Part shown: one piece after another, positions 10,350 to 20,004 of the stretch
How the letters are laid out: the number at the start of each line of letters is the position of its first letter
How positions within the stretch are numbered: the first letter of the stretch is position 1
Source: Candidatus Daviesbacteria bacterium
Lineage (GTDB): Bacteria; Patescibacteriota; Microgenomatia; Daviesbacterales; UBA10151
DNA: 64,000 nt
Reading direction: 5' to 3'
Assembly (NCBI GenBank): GCA_028687915.1
Contig: JAQTZF010000001.1
Location: 674,634-738,633, forward strand
The notes under the pieces: generated by a model
Databases searched by the model: none
The model's input: only the letters and a program-made list of their open reading frames with translations
What the model was told of the DNA's origin: nothing
Made by a program: the position numbers and the translations under genes

Positions 10350-10967
10350 TCAAGGATTTCCGTTACCTAAAAATGTTCTTGGATTAACAGGTATTCCATA
10401 GGCTCTAGCTTCAAAATGTAAGTGTGGGCCTGTTGACCAACCTGTTGAACCCATCCTTCCTATAACCTGTTTAGTAGAAGTTATTTCCTGTCCTTTGACT
10501 ACAAATATTTTATCAAGATGAGCATATACAGAGGTAATATTGTTACCGTGGTCAATTATTATGTGCTTGCCATATCCCCATGATATTTCACCAGCATATA
10601 TAACTTTTCCAGGTAAAAATGGGTTAATGGGGTCACCAATTTGACCATTGGCATTAGCTATATCAATACCAGTATGAAAAATCTGAAAACCACTACTTTG
10701 TCCAAATTCTAAAGTAATGACTCCAAATGTAGGCCAACTAACAGAGACCTCAAGAGGGATAGCTTCACCAGTAACAGGGTCATGTATTTCAACATTTTGA
10801 GTTTGCTCGTTAACTGAAACCAGTTTATCCGAAATAATATCAAGTCCAATTTGGGTTAATAAAATTATGGCAATTATTGGTATTAAGATGGCTATACCAA
10901 AAGCTACTAAAACAAATTTGAGTTCTCTTTTAAAAGAAAATATAAGAAATGCAAATTTTGGGTTCAT
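10350..10967 (-). CDS. M23-family metallopeptidase (peptidoglycan hydrolase), N-terminal TM anchor
   Basis: HTGIDIA ... GYGKHIIIDHGNNITSVYAHL ... GSTGWSTGPHLHFE (HxxxD and HxH M23 motifs). Confidence 0.75.
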   Translation of the reverse strand: MNPKFAFLIFSFKRELKFVLVAFGIAILIPIIAIILLTQIGLDIISDKLVSVNEQTQNVEIHDPVTGEAIPLEVSVSWPTFGVITLEFGQSSGFQIFHTGIDIANANGQIGDPINPFLPGKVIYAGEISWGYGKHIIIDHGNNITSVYAHLDKIFVVKGQEITSTKQVIGRMGSTGWSTGPHLHFEARAYGIPVNPRTFLGNGNP

Positions 10968-10971
10968 TCAT

Positions 10972-12810
10972 TTAATTAAGCACTATTTTTTCAGCTGGAT
11001 TTGTAGTTATTAGTGGATGTTCGGATTCTGAAGCTACAACTTTTAGGGCTACATGATTTTGATCAGCAATAATTAAAGCTTCTCCTCTATCACAAGACAG
11101 TAAAAACTTCTGTTCATATTCACTCAAATTAAATTCTTCAGCAACCTTTTTAATAGTAGTTGTATCCTGCCTCATTAAAACTCTTAAAGAAGACTGTGAA
11201 GCTATTGCTTTACCATATTCATTAGACAGGAAATCATTAGCCTGTTGGGATATAACAGACACCCCTAAGTAGTATTTTCTGGCTCTTCTTGCTAACCCTG
11301 CTATAAAATTAGCTGTTTCTTCATGTTTTAGAAGCATCCAACCCTCATCTATAACCAGCATTCTTTTTACAGGATCTTTTTTGACTTGATTAAAGACAAA
11401 GGAGGCTACAACAAACATCATTATTTGTCTTAATGATTCAGAAAGATCCTTAATATCAAAGACCACCAATCTGTTATTTAATTCAATGTTGGTCTGTTCA
11501 TCAAATACACCAGACAATGACCCTTTAATGTACTTTGTAAGCCTTGTACATAGCTTTTTCTGACCTAATAGTCTTAAAGTACTATATAAATCCTTTAGCA
11601 TGGGATATGTCCTTATTTTCTTTGGTCTTCCTCTTTTAACCTTCTTTTTTCTGCCTTTTTTATGAATATCTTCATTAACCTGTTCTTCCTTCATAGAATG
11701 ATGGAATTGCTTATATGTTTGGATAATAGCTTTATCTACAACCGCCTTTTCTTCTGGTGTTAACCCGTCTGCCAAAAGAGAAACAAGTTCTGTTAAATCC
11801 TGAATATGTTCAGGTAGACCATTTCCTTCCTCATTATTTGAAGACAATGAAAAATCAAATGGATTTATTTTTTCTTTTGATCTGACAGACAATTTTATAT
11901 ATGTTCCACCAACTGATTCAGCTAGTCTTTTATATTCTCTTTCAGGATCAATTACTATAACCTTTGTTCCCTGCATTAAGTGTCTTAATATCTCTACTTT
12001 GGCTATATAACTCTTTCCAGATCCTGACTGTGCAAATGTAATGCTATTTGAATTATTTAATGAAAATCTATCAATCATTACCAATGAATTATTGGATTTA
12101 TTTACTCCATAAAGTATTCCTGATTCCTGCACTAGTTCTGATGAGGTAAAAGGAAAAGTCAATGCGGTTGAAGAAGAATCAAGGTTTCTTTTCTGGTTTA
12201 GTTGATTTTCTGCTCTTGGAAGCACTGATTGTAAACCTTCAAGTTGTTGGAAAGTTGCAGTTTTAGAGTAAAAAAGTCTTGTTGAAAGTACAGTTTCAAG
12301 TAAAGTGGTAATTTTATTGAGCTCAATTAAAGAATCAGCAGTAATAGTTATATAAATAGATATTTGGAAAAGCTTTTCTTGACCTCTTTGAATCTTATTT
12401 TTAAGCTCAATTGCAGAATCTAAAGGATCTAAGATTTCAGAGCCAATTATTTTGCCTGATTGCTGCATTGATCGTTTTGTTGATTCAAGCTCTGTAATTT
12501 TTCTGTTTAACTTAGGTAAAGCAAGTATTGGGTCAATGTGTTCTATATGATAGGAAATATCAACGTTATGGTTGAAGTTAATTAACATGGAAAGCCATCC
12601 AGTTGAAGCTGTATATGGGTAGCCGGATACAAAAAGTGTTCTAACAACTTTATTACCCAAAACTAGGTAACTAGACTGTTCTTCTAAGCCAGAATAAGAA
12701 ATAAGGTCAACTTGGTCCTGCCCTCCTACATTAAACTTTACAGCTTGTTGTTTAGCCTTATTTCTTTCCTGAATATCTTTGAGAAAATTAAATTGCATAT
12801 GACCCTTCAA
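10972..12810 (-). CDS. virB4: VirB4/TraE-family conjugation ATPase, central and C-terminal part (ATPase domain)
   Basis: Walker A AQSGSGKSY and Walker B LVIDEGW (DEAW-like). The first proper ATG is at 12798 and the ORF opens with TTG at 12810. Confidence 0.8.
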   Translation of the reverse strand: MKGHMQFNFLKDIQERNKAKQQAVKFNVGGQDQVDLISYSGLEEQSSYLVLGNKVVRTLFVSGYPYTASTGWLSMLINFNHNVDISYHIEHIDPILALPKLNRKITELESTKRSMQQSGKIIGSEILDPLDSAIELKNKIQRGQEKLFQISIYITITADSLIELNKITTLLETVLSTRLFYSKTATFQQLEGLQSVLPRAENQLNQKRNLDSSSTALTFPFTSSELVQESGILYGVNKSNNSLVMIDRFSLNNSNSITFAQSGSGKSYIAKVEILRHLMQGTKVIVIDPEREYKRLAESVGGTYIKLSVRSKEKINPFDFSLSSNNEEGNGLPEHIQDLTELVSLLADGLTPEEKAVVDKAIIQTYKQFHHSMKEEQVNEDIHKKGRKKKVKRGRPKKIRTYPMLKDLYSTLRLLGQKKLCTRLTKYIKGSLSGVFDEQTNIELNNRLVVFDIKDLSESLRQIMMFVVASFVFNQVKKDPVKRMLVIDEGWMLLKHEETANFIAGLARRARKYYLGVSVISQQANDFLSNEYGKAIASQSSLRVLMRQDTTTIKKVAEEFNLSEYEQKFLLSCDRGEALIIADQNHVALKVVASESEHPLITTNPAEKIVLN

Positions 12811-13408
12811 ATATTGGTTTTAAAGATTCTGCTCTAAGAGGTTGCGATTTTATCTGATCAGAATTGTAAAAAGTATAAAAAAGTTCAAGTATTTCAAGAG
12901 AATCTAAAATTCTTGTTTTCATGCCTAATTTCTCTAAACCTTTAATGACTATATCTTGATTTAGGCTTAACTGTTCTTTAATCAGAGCAAAATCATGCTT
13001 GTTGTCGGGTACATCATAAGGAATAACCACATAAAATCTTCTGGATAATATTTTGCTTCCTGATACCAGATCAGATATAAATGAGCAGTAGTTTTGAATC
13101 TGGTTCTTATAAACACTCTCTTCTTCCTTGCTTTCTTTTTTACTAAATTCCTCCAGATACCTATCAATATCCACCTCTCTTACCCTGATTAGAATCTGAA
13201 GTGAGCAAGGAAGCGAATTTAAAAAGTTTTGAAAATTATCAATGATTGCATCCTGTTCATCTTCACTTTTAAGCTCAAAATTAATCGCTGAGGTTTCAAT
13301 AATACTTCGGTACTTATTACCAGGAAGTATTAGGATATTGTCCTTAACTTCTTTAATTCTTATTTGCCTTCTTGATGAGACTTTACTTTTTGACTTGCCA
13401 AACAGCAT
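12788..13408 (-). CDS. VirB4/TraE-family N-terminal domain encoded as a separate 206-aa ORF
   Basis: RIKEVKDNILILPGNKYRSIIETSAINFELKSEDEQDAIIDNFQNFLNSLP resembles Gram-positive TraE/PrgJ/TcpF N-termini. The stop overlaps the start of the ATPase ORF (ATGCAATTTAA). Confidence 0.6.
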   Translation of the reverse strand: MLFGKSKSKVSSRRQIRIKEVKDNILILPGNKYRSIIETSAINFELKSEDEQDAIIDNFQNFLNSLPCSLQILIRVREVDIDRYLEEFSKKESKEEESVYKNQIQNYCSFISDLVSGSKILSRRFYVVIPYDVPDNKHDFALIKEQLSLNQDIVIKGLEKLGMKTRILDSLEILELFYTFYNSDQIKSQPLRAESLKPIFEGSYAI

Positions 13409-13883
13409 TTAAGCCCTCCTTATCAAATTTAAAGGATAATTTTGCCCTTGAGATACCTAAAATCCGTTCAACACTTTCCGGATCGAAGATTGGGACACTT
13501 TCTTCATTTTTAGCTTCTTTAGCCCTTAGAGCTTTTTTTGTTTCCATAGTCGCAACCGAGTCTAAAACAATATCTCTCAGATATAGATCATTCTTATTAG
13601 ATATATAAAAGCTAGGTCTAAAATAATATCCAGCCAAGATAAACAGCCAGCTTAATACAATTCTTCCCTTAATACGCAATGCCAAGGTGCAACAGACTAT
13701 AAACTCTAATGCAATCAATGGTAGTTTATATAATGTGAAGTGAAGCCTCTCAGGTAAAACTGAATAGATAAAAACTGCTATAAAAAGTGAAGCTAAAAGC
13801 AGTAGTATTTGCGCTAAATTAAAATTACCTGCAATCTTATCCTCAACTGTGGTTATTTGTGCTGGTATTATTGTTGTTCTCAT
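13383..13883 (-). CDS. Small two-TM membrane protein, VirB3/TcpE-like by size and position
   Basis: Two hydrophobic helices. Sits immediately upstream of VirB4 and overlaps both neighbours within the same operon. Confidence 0.35.
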   Translation of the reverse strand: MRTTIIPAQITTVEDKIAGNFNLAQILLLLASLFIAVFIYSVLPERLHFTLYKLPLIALEFIVCCTLALRIKGRIVLSWLFILAGYYFRPSFYISNKNDLYLRDIVLDSVATMETKKALRAKEAKNEESVPIFDPESVERILGISRAKLSFKFDKEGLNAVWQVKK

Positions 13884-15172
13884 GCTGCTACTGTTCTCCT
13901 TGATGTAATTTTCGGTCCTCTAAGCTTTTCTACCATTGAAGCTTCCTTTGATGATGTTGATATAACATTCATTATTTGTCCTCCGATTTTTCTGACCATA
14001 CCTCTACCTGTGTTATAGAAAACTAGCTGCATCATGACAGAAGGTGTTTTAAGAAGAGTAGTTAGCAGTCCTATACCCACAAGGATAGATATTAACGAAT
14101 TAGTTCCTGCTTGACTGGAAATACTTAAAAATGAGGCTGCAAGTTGGATGATAACTACATGAACAAAAACAGTATAAACAGCAGTTATATAGGTTTTAAC
14201 TGAAACTTCAGCAAAATCAGCAAATTTAGGGATTGCCCATAAAAGAAAAATTAGGGGGGACATTACAGCTCCTAAGGCAATTGTAATCAGTCTTGTGACA
14301 TAGAACAAAAGAAGTACTATAGCTACGATTATAAAAATAATCATGAAAATAAATGTTATGAGCGGTGTGGTGTTTGTAACAATGGAAGTGGGCGCAAAAG
14401 CATTTTGGATCCAAGCACTATTTAATCCGCCTGTGGCATGGAGAACAGCAGTTATAATGGTATTACAGGATAAAACAATCCAGTCACAAAGAAATATGGA
14501 CATATTAGCCCCTAAAAAAGCTAAGCCTATTCTTGGTAATAAATGTTTAAGCTCAATTTCTTCAAATCCAAATGTAGAAGCTGACATAAAGTGAAATCCC
14601 ATAAGAGCTATAACTAAAACGAATAAAGAATCAGTAATTCCAACCATCACCAGCCAAAAGTTAAAGATTACAGAATTTGTCAGTATAGATGGAGTATTAG
14701 TTAGGAATGTAACAATCCCATCAGTTAGTGGTTTGGTAGCTGATTGGACAATGTTTTGTAAGAATCCTGCGATTGCATCTAAAAGTACCTGTGTTAAACC
14801 ATCAGATGGTTGAACAGGCTGGATTGGAGAAAGGTCAAGTTGTGCAGATGATGTTGCCTGTGATGGTGTATCAAAAGCATTTTGAAGTAAAGACGAAAAA
14901 ACAGCAGCAGCAATTATAATAATAAGACCTATCAAAGCATTTCTAACAGTTAATTTCGCATGTTCCAATGCATCTGGTTTACCGGTAGAGGTCATATACA
15001 TATAACCTCCTCTTACCAAGAAAAATGTAGCAGCTGCTGTTGCAAATATTAACAACGTGCTTAGAGTTTGATTAGTGAATGTAGTAATTTCTGAATTTGT
15101 TGTTGCAGCAAAAACTAAGGAGGGGTTTAAAAGTAAACAAATTACTGCCAAGAAACCTGTAAATAACTTCAT
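13880..15172 (-). CDS. Fusion protein: N-terminal VirB2-like pilin domain plus multi-TM VirB6/TrbL-like domain
   Basis: Signal peptide, then FLVRGGYMYMTSTGKPDALEHAKLTVRNALIGLIIIIAA, which is paralogous to the adjacent 109-aa pilin. After that come at least 6 TM helices typical of VirB6. Confidence 0.55.
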   Translation of the reverse strand: MKLFTGFLAVICLLLNPSLVFAATTNSEITTFTNQTLSTLLIFATAAATFFLVRGGYMYMTSTGKPDALEHAKLTVRNALIGLIIIIAAAVFSSLLQNAFDTPSQATSSAQLDLSPIQPVQPSDGLTQVLLDAIAGFLQNIVQSATKPLTDGIVTFLTNTPSILTNSVIFNFWLVMVGITDSLFVLVIALMGFHFMSASTFGFEEIELKHLLPRIGLAFLGANMSIFLCDWIVLSCNTIITAVLHATGGLNSAWIQNAFAPTSIVTNTTPLITFIFMIIFIIVAIVLLLFYVTRLITIALGAVMSPLIFLLWAIPKFADFAEVSVKTYITAVYTVFVHVVIIQLAASFLSISSQAGTNSLISILVGIGLLTTLLKTPSVMMQLVFYNTGRGMVRKIGGQIMNVISTSSKEASMVEKLRGPKITSRRTVAA

Positions 15173-15193
15173 AGTTAAGCCTGGACAGGTTTA

Positions 15194-15523
15194 TTAGATT
15201 GTGCCAAATGCAGAAGTGGCAACCTGAGTAATAATATTAGAAAGAACGTATGCTCCTAAAACTATTGCTAGGCCAATTGCAGAATACATGACAGTTTTCT
15301 TTGCTCCATCTAGTGCTTCAGGATTTCCGGATGATGTCATATATCTAAAACCTCCCCAAACTAGAAATGCAGTAGCAACTAAGCCTGCTAAAGTCACAAA
15401 AATCTGAATAATGTTTTGAATGAAACTTTGAATTTTAGAAACATCAGCAGAAGCTGCAAACACAGGAGAGGTAACTATCAAAGCGGTTAATAATAATGAA
15501 GATGTATAAATTATTTTTTTCAT
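15194..15523 (-). CDS. VirB2/TrbC-like T4SS pilin (signal peptide plus two hydrophobic helices)
   Basis: MKKIIYTSSLLLTALIVTSPVFA signal, then FLVWGGFRYMTSSGNPEALDGAKKTVMYSAIGLAIVLGAYVL. First gene of the minus-strand T4SS operon. Confidence 0.5.
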   Translation of the reverse strand: MKKIIYTSSLLLTALIVTSPVFAASADVSKIQSFIQNIIQIFVTLAGLVATAFLVWGGFRYMTSSGNPEALDGAKKTVMYSAIGLAIVLGAYVLSNIITQVATSAFGTI

Positions 15524-15589
15524 ACCTCACCAACTTTCAACTTTGGGCAGAGGCAGAAAAAACAAGAACTTAACGTTATGCGTTTTATA

Positions 15590-15605
15590 ACACAAGATAT
15601 TGTGT
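15590..15605. promoter_or_regulatory. Palindrome ACACAA-GATA-TTGTGT inside the putative promoter of the T4SS operon (candidate operator)
   Basis: Perfect 6-bp inverted arms. Lies in the spacer between candidate -35 TTGCAT and -10 TATAAA on the minus strand, upstream of the pilin gene. Confidence 0.3.
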
Positions 15606-15804
15606 CATGCAAGTCCCAGAAAATTAGATAATATTATGCATTCTCTGTTAAAATACTATATGACTATATTAGTAATGATTATAATAAAGCATCTCATTTA
15701 TGGAGAAGCTGAAAAAACATTTTTGCACAAACAATTAGATAACTTATAAAGTAATACAACTAATTTAGACATTTTCTTTCACTATATTTAGTATAATCAA
15801 CAAA

Positions 15805-16944
15805 ATGAAAATACTAACGAACATCCAGACTTCACATTTGGCAGGTATCTCTCAAACCTTTTCCTCTTTTTTGGAGTCTGCAGAAAAGGAACACAAGAGG
15901 CGCTTTGATATTACCGGAGTTGAGATCATAGCCAATTCTAAATTAGATAAGCCTAAAAGAAGAGAAAAAAAGAAAGGAAAGTTCACTTTAATCTCTCTTG
16001 AGAGTAACTTTCCCAACATAAGTGAAGCAAGCCGGAACTCAAAAAACATTCAAGAAATAGAGAATACTTACGTTAACTTAATTAATATTTATCAAGAGAT
16101 TATTAAAAAGGAAAGGCCTGATGTAATTTTATTGAATGGCACTTATTTAATACCTTGGTGTCTATTTAAGGCAAGCCAAGGATTTAATACCCCGACAGTG
16201 CTTCATTATCATGGGATTTTAAGTAAGGAGGTGGCTCATTGGGAAGAAAAACAGCGGTTACTATTGGGCCAAATGGAAAAAAGTTTTGACCAAAAAGGTT
16301 TATATTATCTTTTTCCATCAAATTTAGCCAAGGAGGTGGTAGAGAATGAGATCTACGGTCATAAGATTGTTAACTTTTCAGTTTTACCTAACCCAGTTCC
16401 AAAACACTTTTTTCAAATTAATAAAAAAGGTAGTAGCAAAAATATTGGCATAGTTAGCAGATGGGCAATGGTTAAAAACCCTTCATTTATTAAAAGAATT
16501 GTTACTTACAATCAAAAACATAGTAATCAATTTTTACTAAATATCGTTACTGATCTCAAAAAAGATAGCAAAGTTTATAAAGGAATTTCTGAGTCTGTTC
16601 ATTTTCAGGAGCCAATGAATAATCAAAGACTTGCTGATTTTTATGGAAAAATGGGGATTATTATTAGCCCTTCAGTTTTTGAAACATACGGAAATGTTGC
16701 CCAAGAAGCCTTAGCCGCCAACACTCCAGCTCTTGTGAGTTCGAATATGGGAGTTTCAGAAACATATAGAAAACTAGGATTGCAAGATTGGATAGTTGAT
16801 TTTAACTCAGTAAAAAACGTTTACGACAAGGCAAAGGAAATTAGTAAGCAGGGCGTTAATCCAATGGTTAGAAAAATGATCTTTGATGAATATTCCCCAG
16901 AAAAGATACACGGTCAGTTACTAAATATTTTGAGTTCTGTTTAA
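15805..16944 (+). CDS. Glycosyltransferase, GT1/GT4 family (C-terminal domain clear)
   Basis: FETYGNVAQEALAANTPALVSSNMGVSE matches the GT4 E-x7-E region. Confidence 0.55.
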   Translation: MKILTNIQTSHLAGISQTFSSFLESAEKEHKRRFDITGVEIIANSKLDKPKRREKKKGKFTLISLESNFPNISEASRNSKNIQEIENTYVNLINIYQEIIKKERPDVILLNGTYLIPWCLFKASQGFNTPTVLHYHGILSKEVAHWEEKQRLLLGQMEKSFDQKGLYYLFPSNLAKEVVENEIYGHKIVNFSVLPNPVPKHFFQINKKGSSKNIGIVSRWAMVKNPSFIKRIVTYNQKHSNQFLLNIVTDLKKDSKVYKGISESVHFQEPMNNQRLADFYGKMGIIISPSVFETYGNVAQEALAANTPALVSSNMGVSETYRKLGLQDWIVDFNSVKNVYDKAKEISKQGVNPMVRKMIFDEYSPEKIHGQLLNILSSV

Positions 16945-16952
16945 GCAACCTC

Positions 16953-17306
16953 TTGTGCATGTATAATGAGAAGGTGAATATTGGTTTTCATCACCTCCTC
17001 AACAAATATAAATATCAAGGAAAAGATTTAGTAATCAAAAACGCTTTATTTACAAGCTTTATAAATAAAGGGGTATATTGTGTAAGCTTTTTAGGTATTC
17101 TTATAGTTCTACCTCAAACACTAAACATTTGGGTCGGTAAAAATACAAGCGGAGTTTCATTGATTACTTGGAGTGGTTTTTTAGTTGGGTCACTATTTTG
17201 GTTGTTTTATGGAATAATTCATAAAGAAAAACCCATTATCTTTACTAATTTGGCAGGAATTTTGATGAATTTATCAATAATTTTTGGGTTAATTCTGATA
17301 AAGTAA
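16953..17306 (+). CDS. SemiSWEET/PQ-loop family small sugar transporter (3 TM)
   Basis: LPQTLNIW ... SGVSL ... WLFYGI ... PIIFTN pattern of PQ-loop SemiSWEETs, about 100 aa. Confidence 0.5.
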   Translation: MCMYNEKVNIGFHHLLNKYKYQGKDLVIKNALFTSFINKGVYCVSFLGILIVLPQTLNIWVGKNTSGVSLITWSGFLVGSLFWLFYGIIHKEKPIIFTNLAGILMNLSIIFGLILIK

Positions 17307-19991
17307 TTTCTTACTGCTCATTGTATGTCTATAAATAAATTTCCTGATTTCCTCAACTACTATTATAGAGGCAGCAATTGGGAATATTAATAACCAATCA
17401 GATAAATCAAGGGCTGTAGTGTGTAATATTTGCTGCATTAAAGGATTATAGACAGCCAAAAGCTGTAAGATAATAATAGTTAAAGTTGAGCCTAATAAAA
17501 ATTTATTTGAAAAAGGATTTAGCTGAAAAATAGATCTAGTTTCATTTCTGCAATTCCAAGCATTAAACCACTGAAAAGCTGCCAAAACAGTTAGGGAAAT
17601 TGTCCATGCTTTCACCATATCAGTTTGATAGTATCTGCTAAAAAGAAAGAGTGTCCCCAACATCATTGGTACAGCCATTAAAAACATCCTTAATATACTC
17701 AATTTATCTAAAAGATACTTTTTAGGATGTTCAAAGTTACTTTTAAGCAAACCTTCTTCTTTTGGTTCCATGGCTAAAGATACATCAAGAAAGCCATCAG
17801 TCACAAAGTTTAGCCACAAAATTTGGGCTGCTAAAATTGGTAAAGGAAAACCTAGAAGTAATGCTCCAATAATAGTAAACACCTCTCCAAAACTGGTTGA
17901 AAATAAATACAGAATAACTTTTTTAATAGTTTTATAAATACTTCTGCCTTCCTCTATCGCTGCAATAATGCTGGCAAAGTTATCATCAAGAAGTATTATA
18001 TCTGAGGCTTCTTTAGCTACTTCTGTCCCAATCTTACCCATAGATACACCCAAATCTGCTGCTACCAGTGATGGGGCATCATTTACCCCATCTCCTGTCA
18101 TAGCAATAATCAGTCCTTTTCTTTTATAAGCTTGAACAATCTTTAGTTTATGATCTGGGGTAACTCTGGCAAAAACAGTTACTCCATCTAACATATCAGC
18201 AAACTCATTCTCGGATAGCGAGTCTATATCTTCTCCAGTTAGGATGGTGTCTCCGTCATGGTAAATGCCTGCTTCTTTGGCTATAGCTTCTGCTGTGATT
18301 TTATGATCTCCTGTTATCATTACGACTTTTATACCTGCTGACATAGCTTGCTTCATAGCTTCATGGACTTCAGGACGCAAAGTATCTTTTAATCCAAAGA
18401 ACCCAACAAAGGTAAGCTCCTCAACGTCTTTAGGTTTAATATCATCACCAACATTATCTTTCAAAGCAAAAGCTAGAACTCTTAGCCCTTCCTGAGACAT
18501 TTTGACCAATACAGATTCAAGCTCTTTTTTCTTTTCTTGGGATAATGTCTGACTCTTGCTCTCATGCCATATTTTAGTAGTTAATTCTAAAATCTCCTCG
18601 GGTGCACCAAGAACAGTTAAACTCATCTTTCCATTAATCTTGTTTGAAACAGCATGATATTTATTTTTATAATCAAATGGTATTTCAGAAAGTCTGGGTG
18701 ATTCTTTTTCTAAAATTTCCTTATTGAACCCCACTTTTTGAGCAAAGACTGACAATGATGATTCTGTTGGATCACCAGTAGCCTGCCAGGTTTTTGATTC
18801 ATCATCGAGGGTAACACCATTATTAGTAACAAAAGCTGCTAATTTTCCTGCCAGAAGTAATTCCGGATGATTAAGAGGATCAATTTTATTATTATTTAAA
18901 ATTACTGCTCCCTCTGGTCTGTAACCTTCACCCTCTATATTAAATATTTTTCCATTAACATAGACCTCCTGCAAAAGAATTTCGTTTTTGGTAAGAGTAC
19001 CTGTTTTATCTACAGCAATAATTCTAGCCTGACCTAATGCTTCAACTGCCTGAAGTTTTTTAACTAAAGCATTGCGTTTGCTCATTCTCCAAACTCCTGT
19101 AGCCAATACTAAAGTCATCACAATAGGTAACCCTTCCGGGATAATAGAAACAGACAATGACACAACAGTTGTAAACATTTCCTTTGCTGAATGACCCAAG
19201 AAAATTCCCAAGATAAATATTGAAGTGCTAATTACCCCAACAGTGATAATAATTAGTCTGGTAAGATAACGGATATTGGCTTTAAGAGGAATTTCTGAAT
19301 GAATAACGGCAATCTCTTTTGAGATCTTCCCTAAAACTGAATCTAACCCTGTGGCAACAACAACCGCTTTGCCATTACCAGCTAAGACGTTAGTTCCCTT
19401 AAAAACCATATTTTTTTGATCAGCTGTTGATAAATTTGGAGCAGACAGTACCTCTTCAAACTTATGAACTGGTTGCGATTCGCCAGTCATAGCAGCTTCA
19501 TTAACTGTTAAATTATTAGAAATAATTATTCTAGCATCTGCTGGTACCTTGTCTCCTTCTTGTAAGATAACTATATCCCCAGGTACAACCTCATAATCAG
19601 GAATAACCAGCTCTTTGCCATCACGCAGAACTTTAGTGTTAGTTTCTGCAAATTTTTTTAAAGCGAGTAGAGTATTTTGAGCCTTACCCTCCTGAATTGT
19701 TCCGACAATAGCATTAAAGGTAAGGACAAAGAGAATAATTAAACCATCAATAAACTCCCTCATAAAAAACACAATTAAACTGGCAATAAGTAAGATATAA
19801 ATAAGAGGACTCTGGAACTGATGAAGGAAAATAACTGCTAAACTATCTAATTTAGCTTCTGGAAGTTTATTATGACCATATTTTGCAAGACGATTTTTAA
19901 CTTCTTCTTGGGTTAAGCCATTCTCGTTTGATTGAAGTATTTCCAGGACCTCGGGAGCCTTTTTTACATACCATATATTGTCCATTAACAA
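17289..19991 (-). CDS. P2-type cation-transporting P-type ATPase (Ca2+/Mg2+-type)
   Basis: TGES, DKTGTLT, IPEGLP, TGDHKITA, GDGVNDAPSL motifs in a 900-aa protein. Confidence 0.85.
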   Translation of the reverse strand: MLMDNIWYVKKAPEVLEILQSNENGLTQEEVKNRLAKYGHNKLPEAKLDSLAVIFLHQFQSPLIYILLIASLIVFFMREFIDGLIILFVLTFNAIVGTIQEGKAQNTLLALKKFAETNTKVLRDGKELVIPDYEVVPGDIVILQEGDKVPADARIIISNNLTVNEAAMTGESQPVHKFEEVLSAPNLSTADQKNMVFKGTNVLAGNGKAVVVATGLDSVLGKISKEIAVIHSEIPLKANIRYLTRLIIITVGVISTSIFILGIFLGHSAKEMFTTVVSLSVSIIPEGLPIVMTLVLATGVWRMSKRNALVKKLQAVEALGQARIIAVDKTGTLTKNEILLQEVYVNGKIFNIEGEGYRPEGAVILNNNKIDPLNHPELLLAGKLAAFVTNNGVTLDDESKTWQATGDPTESSLSVFAQKVGFNKEILEKESPRLSEIPFDYKNKYHAVSNKINGKMSLTVLGAPEEILELTTKIWHESKSQTLSQEKKKELESVLVKMSQEGLRVLAFALKDNVGDDIKPKDVEELTFVGFFGLKDTLRPEVHEAMKQAMSAGIKVVMITGDHKITAEAIAKEAGIYHDGDTILTGEDIDSLSENEFADMLDGVTVFARVTPDHKLKIVQAYKRKGLIIAMTGDGVNDAPSLVAADLGVSMGKIGTEVAKEASDIILLDDNFASIIAAIEEGRSIYKTIKKVILYLFSTSFGEVFTIIGALLLGFPLPILAAQILWLNFVTDGFLDVSLAMEPKEEGLLKSNFEHPKKYLLDKLSILRMFLMAVPMMLGTLFLFSRYYQTDMVKAWTISLTVLAAFQWFNAWNCRNETRSIFQLNPFSNKFLLGSTLTIIILQLLAVYNPLMQQILHTTALDLSDWLLIFPIAASIIVVEEIRKFIYRHTMSSKKLLYQN

Positions 19992-20004
19992 AGTATACCA
20001 GAGA

